Shown here one piece after another: positions 12,471 through 23,289 of a stretch of 35,627 bases of DNA. The DNA lies in NCBI GenBank assembly GCA_011109175.1, contig RDEW01000019.1, positions 955,064 through 990,690 on the forward strand, read 5' to 3'. Position 1 is the stretch's first letter. Every line of letters begins with the position of its first letter. The notes under the pieces were generated by a model. That model was not told where the DNA came from. It saw nothing but the letters and a program-made list of their open reading frames with translations, and searched no databases. Origin of the DNA: Dicyema japonicum. Lineage: Eukaryota > Animalia > Dicyemida. The position numbers and the translations under genes are program-made.

Positions 12471-15400
12471 TATTATTATTACAGCACTTATCGCCTTGCC
12501 ATAATAGTTATAGCAAAGCATGTGCAATACAAGAAACAATGTTATTAGTTAGCCTCTTCCATCCTCCACGGTTACACGCAGTCTATCTCAGCATGTCCAG
12601 ATCGTCTCCCGTCTTTAGGCATTTTTTCATCCTTTGGAGGTCTTTGTGCAGCATGGTAGGTAGGGTCATCCTTGGTCTGCCACGGAAGCATTTGCCCTCG
12701 AACATGAAATGGTCCTCCATCGCCACATTAGCCGGGGCAGCAAGATCCATGCGTAGTACGTGACCAAACAGTCTCCACCGGGCGTCAGTGATTTCCAGGC
12801 TTAGAGGCCTACTCTTGCATTTTTTGTAAATACCGGTATTCGAGATTCTGGCTGGCCACTGCATGCCAAATAATACTCTAAGCTGTTTTCTGTGGAACCC
12901 ATCGAGAGCCATTGATTCCACACCTGTACAGGCCCAAGTACCAGCATTGTATGTCAGTATCGGTTTCACAAATGCATTGTACATGCGTATCCGCAGATTG
13001 ACATCTAGTCCTTTCAGCCATCCCTTTTTGAGTTTTCGCATTGCTACTCCTGCAAGTGTTTTCCTTTTGATGATGTCTTCTGTGTCCCCCAGTAGGGATC
13101 CAAGCTTATTAACATGTCGCCAACGTTCATTAAGGATGTTGTCCATTCTTTTGATTTCCGTGATTTCCGTTTTGGCCCGGTTAACGATGAGGAACCATTC
13201 CCCCAGTTTGTCCGGTGCATTTTCCAGCAGATGTGTGAGAGCTTCTGTATCCTCGGATATAAAATCCACATCATCCGCGTATACGACTTCGTTTATTTTT
13301 CCTTCATAGCAAGTTCTTAGATCCTTTAGTGCAGCTTCGAGATATATCACAAATAGTAAGGGGGAGAGGGAGTCTCCCTGAGGAGTGCCGATTGTAGTTT
13401 TGAATGGTCGGGATAGAGTTCTCCCAATTCGGACTGACAGTTCAGTACTTGAGAGAAGTACTCTGATTATCCGTAGCAATGATTGGTCCACAAATTGATG
13501 AAGGACAACCATTAGCTTGTGTCGGCTAATGGTGTCGAAAGCTCTTGACATATCGATCCCCAGGATGGTCGTGGCATTTTTGTATCTTTGAGCCGTTGCA
13601 CACCGCCACCTGTGGCTCCACAGAATGTCCGCTGTCGACCTTCCTTCACGAAATCCACTATGGCATGCTGATAGGTAATTTCCTGCAGGATGTTTTAAGC
13701 GGTCCAAAGCAACAGATGCAAGAACTTTTCGTAATGTGTTTAACAATATGACTGGGCGTAGGCTTTCTAGTGGTCCCTTTGGTTTGTTAGGCTTTTGTAT
13801 AGGTATCAATGTCCCTTTCCCCAGTGGTAGGACAGAGTTGGATGTAAACATTCCATTTAACAATTGCGCAATGGTTTCGAATAGACGCATAGGTCCATAT
13901 TTCAGCAGTTCGGGAGGGATGTTGTCTGGTCCAGCGCTCCTGTGATTCTTTAGCTTACTGCACGCACTCTGAACTTCCTTAGATGTGATAATTGTTTCCA
14001 GCATCCGCGGTTCTCCGATGAAAGGGGCCAGTTCTTGGCCGTTCGCATTGAACAGTTTTTCAAAATGGGCAGCAATCAATTCGATCTGTTCGTCTGGTTT
14101 TAAGATAAGTTTCCCCTTCCCATCCATAACATGTACTGTCGCTTTTTTCTTTCCTCGCATTAGTCGGACTGCAGCGAACATTTGTGCATTGTCCTTTAGT
14201 TGCTCCAGCTCTCTAAGATGTGATAGGAAGACATCCTTCGAGTGTTCATTATTAAGCTTCATGATTCTTCTCTTGATAATATTTCGTTCAGTTCGTAGTT
14301 TGTTTTTGATATGTATATCCGTCGTGTTTAGACTCTGTATCCATATTTCTCGTTGTTGTTTTGCCAGTAATAAGGAGTCTGGATGGCCAAGTGACATATT
14401 TCCGGTTGTCTGCCGTCTCACTCCAAGGTGGGTGTTTGCGGCAAGGCAAATAATGCTTTTGGTCTGATCCCATAGGTCTTGTATTAGCTGGTAATGTATA
14501 TAGGTGGTTCTCTATATGTTTTTGGTAGTTTGTCACCAGCAGCGGCTGAGACCAGAGCTTCTCAGTCATATATACATGGGTATGGTAAGGTGGTAGCGTC
14601 TTGCTTAGACTCAGGTTCTTCCTACCAATGTAGTATTTCTTCAAGGAGAGCTTGCCAATAACCATTTTATGGTCACTATTTATCATCGATTCTCCATAAG
14701 AACGGGCATCATTCAGTAGGTGTTTGTCCTTGGTCCGACAAATGATGTAATCAATTTGATTATAAATATTGACACTTTTGTTTTCCGAGTTCGTTCTATG
14801 GCCAGTCCATGTGCTCCTGTGGCGAGCTGGGTGCATAAAGGCAGTGTTTCCTATGAAAAGATCATTCGCTTGACAGAAATTGGCCAGTAGTGTTCCCGGG
14901 GTGTTTCTCCACCCCCGTCCATGCCTGCCGATGAACGATTCCTCTCCACTGCGTCGCATCCCAACTTTAGCGTTAAAGTCCCCGGCAATAAATATCAACG
15001 ACGAAGATTCGTATTCCGAGTACGTCCTCAATAGTTGACAGTAGAAGTCATCCAGTTCCTCAGGATTTTTCAAAAATCTGCCACTATGTGGAGCATACAC
15101 GTTAATGACTGTCATGTAGCTTTTGGAAGGGCACATGTCATTCATCCTAATTTGCAGAACACTAATCCTGTCGTTGACTTTCCAAAATTGATGTATCCGT
15201 GGTACAAGATGTTCATGGACTGCGAAACCTTGTCCGTAATGTTTAGACTCACTAGGGAAGAGAATAAGTTTATAGGTTCCATAGTGTTCACAGCATCCAT
15301 CAGAGACCTTCGTTTCTTGCAGACATCCGATAGAGACGCGGTACTTGTCTAAATCATCGCACAGTGTTTTCCTCATCCATGTCTTCGAGATCCCCCTGAC

Positions 15401-15490
15401 ATTAAACGAGAGTAGGTTGAGGCCATCCCATTGAATCTTGTATTTTTCAGACTGCATTTAAAGAGCCACGTCACTAACTCAACCAACAAA
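12471..15490 (-). mobile_element. Full-length RTE-clade LINE (APE endonuclease + RT), inactivated by one frameshift (about 14480-14515) and a premature TAG (12583-12585)
   Basis: 10-bp TSD TTGTTTTTAT (12461-12470 and 15491-15500), (TAA)n tail, 33-nt 5' UTR and ATG at 15457. Motifs SFNVRG, CLQETK, GDFNAKVG, QIDYI, SDH; RT QGDSLSP, YADD, KLGS, RWRLFGHVLR, RGRPR. Confidence 0.95.
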
Positions 15491-15539
15491 TTGTTTTTAT
15501 CCTTAAAAAATTTAATATTTAATAATCAACAACGTTTCT

Positions 15540-16225
15540 CAACTGCCTGTTCGCCAGCCTTTTCAGGCAGGTTCGATTCTGGTTGCTGAAACAACTCCGA
15601 GAGCGCCTTGTCCAATTGAACCCCCTGCCCATATCGAATCTCCAGGCTCTGCTTTCTATACTCGAGTGTAAGGCTCTCTAAGGTCGGATAGGCCTGGAAC
15701 TTCCAATTTATTTCTAACTGCTTCAGATAACCCTTTTGGTACTTTGTTGCAATTCCTTCCTACGTCATTACTATTGGAATAACGAGGACCTTGCAACCAA
15801 CCATCTGCCCTTTGCAAGCAAGTCATACTTTTTTTCACTACCTACACAGTCTGCAAACAAATCTGAGACGTAATGCTAACTTCTATCATAAAGACTTGGC
15901 CAGACTCCTTATTGTGTACCACAATGTTCGGTTTATTATGCTTGACTATCACCGAGGTACGGATAAAACTTTCTACCTTGATTTGGACCCTGGTGTTTTC
16001 TACTACAGATTGCACCTCATAAGTCCGCAACTTTCTGGTGTGGCGAATACCATACTTATTTCATAGTAGAAGATGAAAACTCCTTACTACCTTGTTATGT
16101 CTCCACACGTAGTCTAGCTAAATGATCAACCGACATGCTCCTTGACTTACAATGGGGACATATTGCCGATGACTTGAGGCCGACATTTGGGTTGTCAATT
16201 AAGTACATTTTTTGATAAAGAAATT
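15540..16225 (-). mobile_element. R4-like RLE retrotransposon C-terminal remnant
   Basis: CPHCKSRSMSVDHLA (zinc knuckle), KHNKPNIVV..IEVSITSQ..KYDLLA (RLE) and ESLTLEYRK. Confidence 0.75.
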
Positions 16226-16729
16226 ATAAATTTTATGTACCCCGGTCGTTTTCCAATCAGGGGGACGTCTCACTACAGCCTCAAAATTTATGCGAAATTC
16301 CGCAAGATTCCGGCAAGATAGGAGCGATGTTGTATGGGACTTTCCACACATTTCCTCTGCCTGGTTTAGCCTCCCACATACTACCTCATATGGAAAGCAT
16401 TTTCGTGTCCTGAACGTGCACTATTACCATTTTCGTGTAGGTGCTGATAAAACAATCTGCGAGTAAACTCAGATTATTTTTTTCCTTCTCTTACACCGAC
16501 ATTCATGTGTATAGTTTCCTCTTATAAACCATTATTGTCTCATTTATCTCTACCTTTGCCCTCCTCAACATTTTGAAGTCCCATTTGGAGACACGGAGTA
16601 TACCGAGTTTCTCTTACTATAGGCGGTGCTTTTCTTTTGACTCCTCTGAATGGATAAATCTGATGGTGAACTTAACCTCTTTAGGATATAGCCGTGATAA
16701 TTAAATAAAAAGTAATTATTACTAATAAA

Positions 16730-17074
16730 TTATTTATTATCCTTTAATGATTTAACTTTATGAAACTCATCATAGTGTAACTTTCGTTGCAATTCAAATT
16801 TACTCATATGTTTGTAATCCTTCTTAGGTGATGGGGATCTTACTTCTTTATTATTAAAACTATCCCATAAGGCACTCTCATAATCAGGACAATCCACACT
16901 TTCATTTGGAATGCTTGGCTCATATGGAGTTTTAGCTTCATCTATTTTCATATGTCCATAGTCCTTTTCTGGTGGATGGAGAGTGGCCAGTACATTCATT
17001 TCATCAAATGTTTGGCTTTTTGTTGATTTTAATCCTCCTATTTTCTTTAATATTCCCTTTGGTTTCTTTTCCAT
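16730..17074 (-). CDS. PPP1R2: Protein phosphatase 1 inhibitor-2 (IPP-2), compact 114 aa, apparently intronless
   Basis: KGILK (SILK-type), KSQTFDEMNVLATLHPPEKDYGHMKIDEAKTPY and FELQRKLHYDE match the three conserved I-2 blocks. The first ATG is at 17074; the ORF-track start at 17083 is GTG. Confidence 0.9.
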   Translation of the reverse strand: MEKKPKGILKKIGGLKSTKSQTFDEMNVLATLHPPEKDYGHMKIDEAKTPYEPSIPNESVDCPDYESALWDSFNNKEVRSPSPKKDYKHMSKFELQRKLHYDEFHKVKSLKDNK

Positions 17075-17225
17075 CTGACACACTACAACAACGATTGTAT
17101 TGTAATTTATTTTAAATTTTAGAAATTTAATTTTAATAATTATATAATTAAAGTTAGTATTCTTATCTACAATAAGATGATAAACATATATTCTTTTGAA
17201 CTTATTAAAATTATTAACCAGAGCA

Positions 17226-17339
17226 GGATTCTCGACCCCGCCGGACTCGTCCTCACCTTTGTCGGTCTGGGATCACTTAGTTAGATGAGAACTTTTATTT
17301 CTTTCTCTTTGACCCAGTGATTTTGGGGGTATAATAATA
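17226..17339 (+). mobile_element. Extremely 5'-truncated (114 bp) LINE 3' UTR copy
   Basis: Nearly identical to 27233-27340; 13-bp TSD ATTAACCAGAGCA (17213-17225 and 17340-17352); (TAA)n tail. Confidence 0.85.
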
Positions 17340-17359
17340 ATTAACCAGAGCATAAAAGA

Positions 17360-18260
17360 CCACCAGAATCAGAGGTGGTGTCACTTGGTCAAACGCCTCA
17401 ACGGGAAAAGTTTTGGAGAACACTAAAACAAATTAAATCAGAGTTGGAAGATGCAAGTGGAACCGGTAATCTTCTCCAGAACACATTTGTCATATACACC
17501 CTAACCTACTTATGAAACATTATCCTGTGATCAGCTTCAAGAAATTCCCTAAACAACTGGATATCAAAGTACGAAACCGAGAATGAACCTTGCCAAGAAC
17601 TATTCTCTGACAGGCAGGTCTTAGAGGTGATTGTCTGATTAAATTAACCACACTATCCCAATTCATAGCCGATGGATTTAATGCCACCACACATGCGAAC
17701 TACAATCGTATCAATCGACGTAAACTAGGCATTAAACAAGTTTCAATTCCTAATGCCCAAGCGAGAGTGAACACTATGATTAGTTGATAGCTAACAGACT
17801 AACTATTTCTGCCGAAAATCAATATGTACGCTTTTCATATCAGTCGTTCAAAAGAAGATTCAAGAATTTTCATTGGTTTTGTCCAGATACCAGTAACAAG
17901 GTCTCCTTCAATTCTTAGATTAATTTTCGACAGGCGGTTGAATTTCAACTCACATACGAAGAAAGTCATCACTAAAGCGTGCAAAAGCTGAATGCTGTAC
18001 GCGCGCTTGTCCGGAAAACTCCTTTGAATTTGGATGCTACTGTTGCAACAATCTACTGGCAAAGTATTTTCCGGGCTGTGGAATATGCCATCTGTAGCAT
18101 TGAGATTTCCGCAGAGACTTTGCTCCACGTAATCAATTCAATATACCGGAGAACCATATTTATGATGGGACTTCATTTTGGATCAATTGTTAATCTCCTA
18201 TTACGGAAGCTACGAACCGTACTCGCGGAACCGGATTTGTAAGAAGTACGGAAACCCGCT
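17360..18260 (+). mobile_element. Decayed APE-type LINE RT remnant
   Basis: LRLIFDRRLNFNSHTKKVITKA..KLNAVRAL..IYWQSIFRAVEYA in broken frames. Confidence 0.6.
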
Positions 18261-18639
18261 TACCCTATCATTTTCCAAGGTGAAAGAAAGTTGTTTGGTT
18301 AGGACAGTGATTCTCAACCTACTTCCGAACCTTTATTTAAATTTTATTTTTTAATAATGATAATTTCAAATTAATATATCACCGTACGTGGCCTCGGCCC
18401 ACACATGGTCGAGGTTAATAAAATTACAAAATTTTCTATAGCAGAATCAACTTAAATATACCCAATAAGTTTACCTCTGATATTAAAAATTCTGTAGAAT
18501 GCAAAAATTAGAGATCCAAATTAAAAAATTAACCACCAAATGTCACAAAGTAACAGTATCCTCATGCTAAAAATAAATTTTATTTTGTTCAAAATATATA
18601 AAATAGATAAAATCTAATTATTCAAATAACTACTAAAAT

Positions 18640-18960
18640 AACAAAAGCATAGCTTTAACCAAAAATATTAAATTTAAGCCTTGTTCTTTTGTCCATATAC
18701 ATGAAACCCCTTCAAAGACTGACATGTTCGAGTATGGAAGGGTGTCCGACTCCGTCCAAACCTCGCCTAACGACTTCGTAAAAGACCACGTGTTTGAGAG
18801 ATATGTCTGCACTATTCCTGCAGGAGATAGCGTGTAGCCAAAAACAGACGATCTGGTCTCCGAAACAAAGACTTTTAACTCCAGTCGTAAGGAGATCCCT
18901 ATACGGAAGCATTCATCATTCAGGAAGGTACCCAAATCGCCATTAGGAATGTGGTTGAGT
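18640..18960 (-). mobile_element. CRE-like retrotransposon remnant (zinc knuckle region)
   Basis: GTFLNDECFRIGISLRL and HAISCRNSA..EVVRRGL..GHPSILE parallel the element at 34330-35627. Confidence 0.65.
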
Positions 18961-19254
18961 CAGAAAGGGACATAAAGTGTATTTAAAAAGCGGAAATAAA
19001 CAATTTATTTTTTAACATTATTAGCTACGTATTTATTACATAAACTATATTCTTAAGATTATTTCCTCTTGGCTACAAAAATGAATTGTAGGTAATGTTA
19101 CATGTAGTATATCAAAAATAAGATTATTTAATCACAATAAATTTAAAATAATATAAACTTGTATTACGACATTTGATTTTATAAAAATTGACGTAAAAAA
19201 CGAATATATTCAGATTATAAAAATAAATTATTTTCGACAAATTCGACATAAAAT

Positions 19255-19885
19255 ATGGAACAATCAAGTAATCAAGATTTATTGAATTTAGGGAAAAAAA
19301 TGAAATTATGGGAATTTTTACTTTATCTTTTGAATGATCAAGAAAACTCTAATATTATTCGATGGATAAACAATGAATCGGAATTCAAATTTATAAATCC
19401 TGAAGAAGTGGCTCGACGTTGGGGAATGTACAAAAATAAACCAAGAATGAATTATCGAACGCTTTCTCGAGGATTGAGGAATTATTATGGAGGAGCAAAC
19501 ATAATCCAAAAAGTAAAAGGACAAAATTTTGTCTACAAATATCTTAATTATCAAAATCAAGTAATTTACATAATAAACATAGATTATCGAAAACCCAACA
19601 AGAAATAGACGAACATCAAATTTACCCTTTTCAATAGAAAATTTAATAAATATTCATCCTCCACGTTATGGTAGGATAAACCCAACAGGGGATAGACAAA
19701 CATCAAATTTACCTTCTGTAATAGAAAATATTATTGATATTCATCCACCAAATGATAGTACGATGAACCCAACAGAAGATAGACCTTCAGTAGAAAATGT
19801 AATCGAAAATCAAAATAACGAATCAAATAAATCTCTGTCCATTTCTTTGGAGAACTTAATTGATATTAATAAACACAAACCATAG
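19255..19885 (+). CDS. ETS-domain transcription factor, 202 aa: join(19255..19560,19583..19885)
   Basis: LWEFLL..IRW..FKF..EEVARRWG..KNKPRMNY..LSRGLR.YY..KVKGQNFVYK. A 22-nt GT-AG intron (19561-19582) opens a 100-codon second exon that carries 87-bp repeats. Subfamily not assignable by eye. Confidence 0.9.
19592..19852 (+). repeat. 87-bp (29-aa) coding tandem repeat in the ETS tail, about 2.3 well-conserved units plus a degenerate remainder
   Basis: Units start AACCCAACA at 19592, 19679 and 19766 (exact 87-bp spacing). Confidence 0.9.
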
Positions 19886-21084
19886 TTTAAATTTATATAA
19901 TAATTTGTTTATTAACCAACTGTAAGCACTTGGGACAACTTGATGATCATATTTATTGCAGATAAAATAATATGCAGTGATTAAAATTTGTGTTTATTAG
20001 AATAATATATAAACATGTTTTATATATTAAAATTTAAACCTACATTTTATTTCATATCCATTCAGTAAAATATGATCAATCTTTCGAAATTTGATTGATG
20101 TTCAACAGTTATATAAAATAAGGACCAATTAAATTTATTTTTTCACCAAAAAAATTTAATTGATTCATCACCCTGTTTGCACCTTCAGACGGAAGAAAAT
20201 TGATACTCTTATTGTATTTACCATACACTCACTTTGAAAGTGGTAATGTTTGCACTTTTTGTTTGCATTGGAATTTGAATATTGACTAAGCTATATTTTC
20301 ATAATTCCCGGAGAAAGCTTCTGAGTTTTGACTTTTCAGTTCTATTATGTGGTTTAGACAAAAACCCTTACAGTTTAGACCCTCTGTACTGTTTTCTGAT
20401 TTTATTATTTTGTATTCCGAGAAGTTTTTCCATCTGTAGAATCTCTAATTTCAGTAATTTCACGTTTTCATCTCCTTAATCGAATTTTTCATTTGAGAGG
20501 AGAACATGTGTTGCAGTAAATTTCCCAATTCTTTTATGAACATTAAACTAAATATATACCAAATTTTACGTTTCCATGAATCCTCAGGAATAGTGTCTAT
20601 AAACCTAAGATAATATTATCTTGTGAAGGGACTATAGGACACTATTCTCAACAATGGTCTATCCATCTCTTCAAAGAAGATTGTGAAGCAATGAGGTTAT
20701 TCATACAAATAAAACAAATATTTATGAAATTCCACTAATGTTCTTCATAATTCTGATATTTACAACAAAATTAATAGTCTTAATTTCATGTTTATTGATG
20801 TATCATTAATTTTATTTGCCAAATGTGGTTAATAAACGATTTTCATAAATTTGAATATTAAAAAATTATAATTATTGCAAAGACCGAGGGTAACCAAACT
20901 AACTCCTTGATTCTGACTCGTTCCAGCGTTCCAGAACTTGTTTCCAAGTAACGACATTGTTCCCAGGGAAGAATAGTTAAATCCTCTTGATGCCGGAAGG
21001 AAGAAAATAGCTTTTGACCAACTAGCCACATAGCAACACAACATAAAAAAATTCTCAACCACTAAAAATAAATTAATATAATTA

Positions 21085-22325
21085 TTAACCCAATTCCAAT
21101 ATTTATTTTAATTACTAAATTATTAAATGATCTTGAAGGCCTCTATCAGATTTCTCATTTCCTCCTCGTGCGCCTTCTGGGATCCAACACAATTTCTCTG
21201 TGGGCGGGGTGGTTTGGGGAATATGAATTGGAGTGGGGTGATGTACACCCTTCTCATAAGATACTTTGAGAATGTGTATTGTTGAGAGTCGCCTGCACAG
21301 GGTAGCAAGTCCCTTTCCATTTTGTTGGATAAGGTCTTCAAGTGATGAGGGTATTAGTTTTATATTTTTCCGAGATTGCAAATTAAGTGACTGTTAAGGC
21401 ATGAATGTCGCGGATTCTTTGTTTGTTCTTTCAGGACAGATTGATTTCCCATGACGCACAGGCATAGCTAACAGATGGCTCAATGAATTGTTCGTACAAC
21501 AATTTCAGGCTGGAAATGGGTTTTAATGCAACCGAAAATAGTTTTGATTATCCCTAGCTTTCTTGAGCAGCTTCCAGAGATGCAATCGACATGAGATAAA
21601 AAGGACATTTGTTGTCGAAGGTGATCCCAAAGATTTTTCAGTTCTTCGTGAAAGGTGTTTTGTCTGGTTAATAAATTTATCCACAGTCATTTGTCCAAGT
21701 CGTTTGTCTGAGGTAAATAAGGGCGGAAAAGATTTTTCAGTAGATATATCAAGCCGGTCATAATTTAGCCAAATTTGAATCTTGTGAAGGTATTCTTGTA
21801 CTTTAGGAGATCTGGGATAGATTAATAAGTCATCAGCAAATGATAGAAGGAAATCGTCGGGTTGTGGTAAATCGGACATATATAAGTTAAATAATGCGGG
21901 TGATAAAGGGGAACCTTGTGGGACACCATTGGGTAGTAATCTTGAAACTGATTTGGACCTATCCATGTATACCCGGGCCCTTCTTCCATTGATAAAGTTA
22001 GCAAGTTCAAAGTTTTATATTAGGGTTGACGGAGAGGTTAAACAAATTCCGTGTTAGAATTTTCTTTGAGATAGAGTCGAAGGTCTTTATTAAATCGATC
22101 GAGAAAACGATTGTTTTGAAGTGGGGAGGATTTGTGTTAAAGCCTTCAAGGATAAATTAATTGAGGGCAGTGAAGTGGGTAGAAGTTAAATAAACCCTTC
22201 TGAATCCATGTTGTGGAAATGATAAAGGAAGGGACAGTATTATAGGATTAAGAATCAATTTTTCCATAATTTTGATAAGTAAAGAGATTGGTCGAAATGA
22301 TGCAGGATTGTCCTTAGGCTTCCCA
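21085..22325 (-). mobile_element. Degenerate Ingi/Vingi/I-group-like LINE, RT to 3' end
   Basis: GKPKDNPASFRPISL..QHGFR, LLPNGVPQGSPLSPALFNLY and SFADD; ends GGGTTAATAAT near 21090. Confidence 0.8.
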
Positions 22326-22739
22326 TTTATTATTATTAAAAGCACTCCCGAGAAAACATTTATTATTTTATTTATTAACCCCGGATACACCGAGAAAGAA
22401 GTTAAAGTAAACAACTAATCAAGTGTATCCAGTTTCCACTTCTACAGAAACAGAGTCTACCGGAATCAGCATAAAAGGTAAGACGTCCATTACATACAGT
22501 TGTGGAAACTCCTCCAGTGGAGTGGGGAAGAGCAAATGATCCTTTTTCGTGCCGGCCTGGCACTGGGCGTCACCTAGACAGGTCATCACATGACGCCACT
22601 CTATTAGGAAGAGAGAGGAGGAACAGACAAGCAAGCAAAAAACTTCAACCAATTAACCACTCAGCACCGCATGGCGCCATGCGGCGTGACTCCGAGAAAA
22701 CATAATTAGTTAAGTTTCCCTTGTGCCGTATTCCTTATA
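22326..22739 (-). mobile_element. 3' stub of the RTE-derivative family (as 5137-5615), split by the SINE A insertion
   Basis: GGAATACGGCACAAGGGAAACTTAACTAATT (22704-22734) and TCTCGGGAGTGCTTTT(AAT)n (22326-22354) match 5548-5615. Confidence 0.75.
22360..22691 (-). mobile_element. SINE-like family A, copy 2 (complete)
   Basis: 12-bp TSD CCGAGAAAACAT (22348-22359 and 22692-22703); A-rich tail after GGGGTTAAT. Confidence 0.88.
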
Positions 22740-22961
22740 ATAATAATAATAACAGCCTTTTTCACGGAGCCGTGGTATTAGCTCCGCATAGGCAGGACAC
22801 ACACTTTATTTAAGTAAAGAACAGTTAATTTTAACTAATCTTAGAACCAAGGAATGGTCTTCACTTCTTTTTTTTCTTTTTCTTGTGTGAGTGTCCTTTC
22901 TAGACAATCCAGTTCCGCAGTGAGTATTCACTGATGACGGCGTCACTCGTTAAACCCTTTT
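22740..22961 (-). mobile_element. Short retroposon family B, copy 1
   Basis: 13-bp TSD CGTATTCCTTATA (22727-22739 and 22962-22974); (TTA)n tail; near-identical to 30529-30753. Confidence 0.88.
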
Positions 22962-23289
22962 CGTATTCCTTATATTGAATATTAAAATATACTAATCTAT
23001 CTAATAATATATCAAAAAGAAATATTATTAATTACGATTTAATTATATTATATATCATGCCCTACGTGGTCAATGATTTTAATCATTTAAAAAAATAATT
23101 ATATATTTTTGTCCGTTATTGGATAAGGATTACTAATATATAAGTTTTTATTTTAAAATAATCACTTTTTTTTTAATTTTTTGGAAAAAATAAAATTGAA
23201 GAATGGGTACAGTATCAAAATACTTAGTTTTTAATATTTAAATTGTTTCTTAGTGAAAATAGTAAAATAATAACGAGTAAATTTACTAA

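Noticed and set aside
12863-15352. Long plus-strand ORFs (148, 160 and 105 aa) inside the RTE; similar antisense ORFs in other LINEs and actin
   Set aside because: Shadow ORFs opposite real coding frames.
15565-15580. GGTTCGATTC B-box as a tRNA or SINE
   Set aside because: No A box or cloverleaf; it lies within the antisense of an R4-like remnant.
20150-21062. Possible host gene (ORFs 20282-20479, 20829-21062, 20858-21058)
   Set aside because: No recognisable domain, and I could not build a consistent micro-intron model. It may be decayed TE sequence.
22929-22955. CTGATGA followed by a hairpin in family B (also at about 30719) as a hammerhead ribozyme or C/D box
   Set aside because: No GAAA after stem II and no stem III/NUH; tail and TSD polarity indicate the opposite strand is the transcript.
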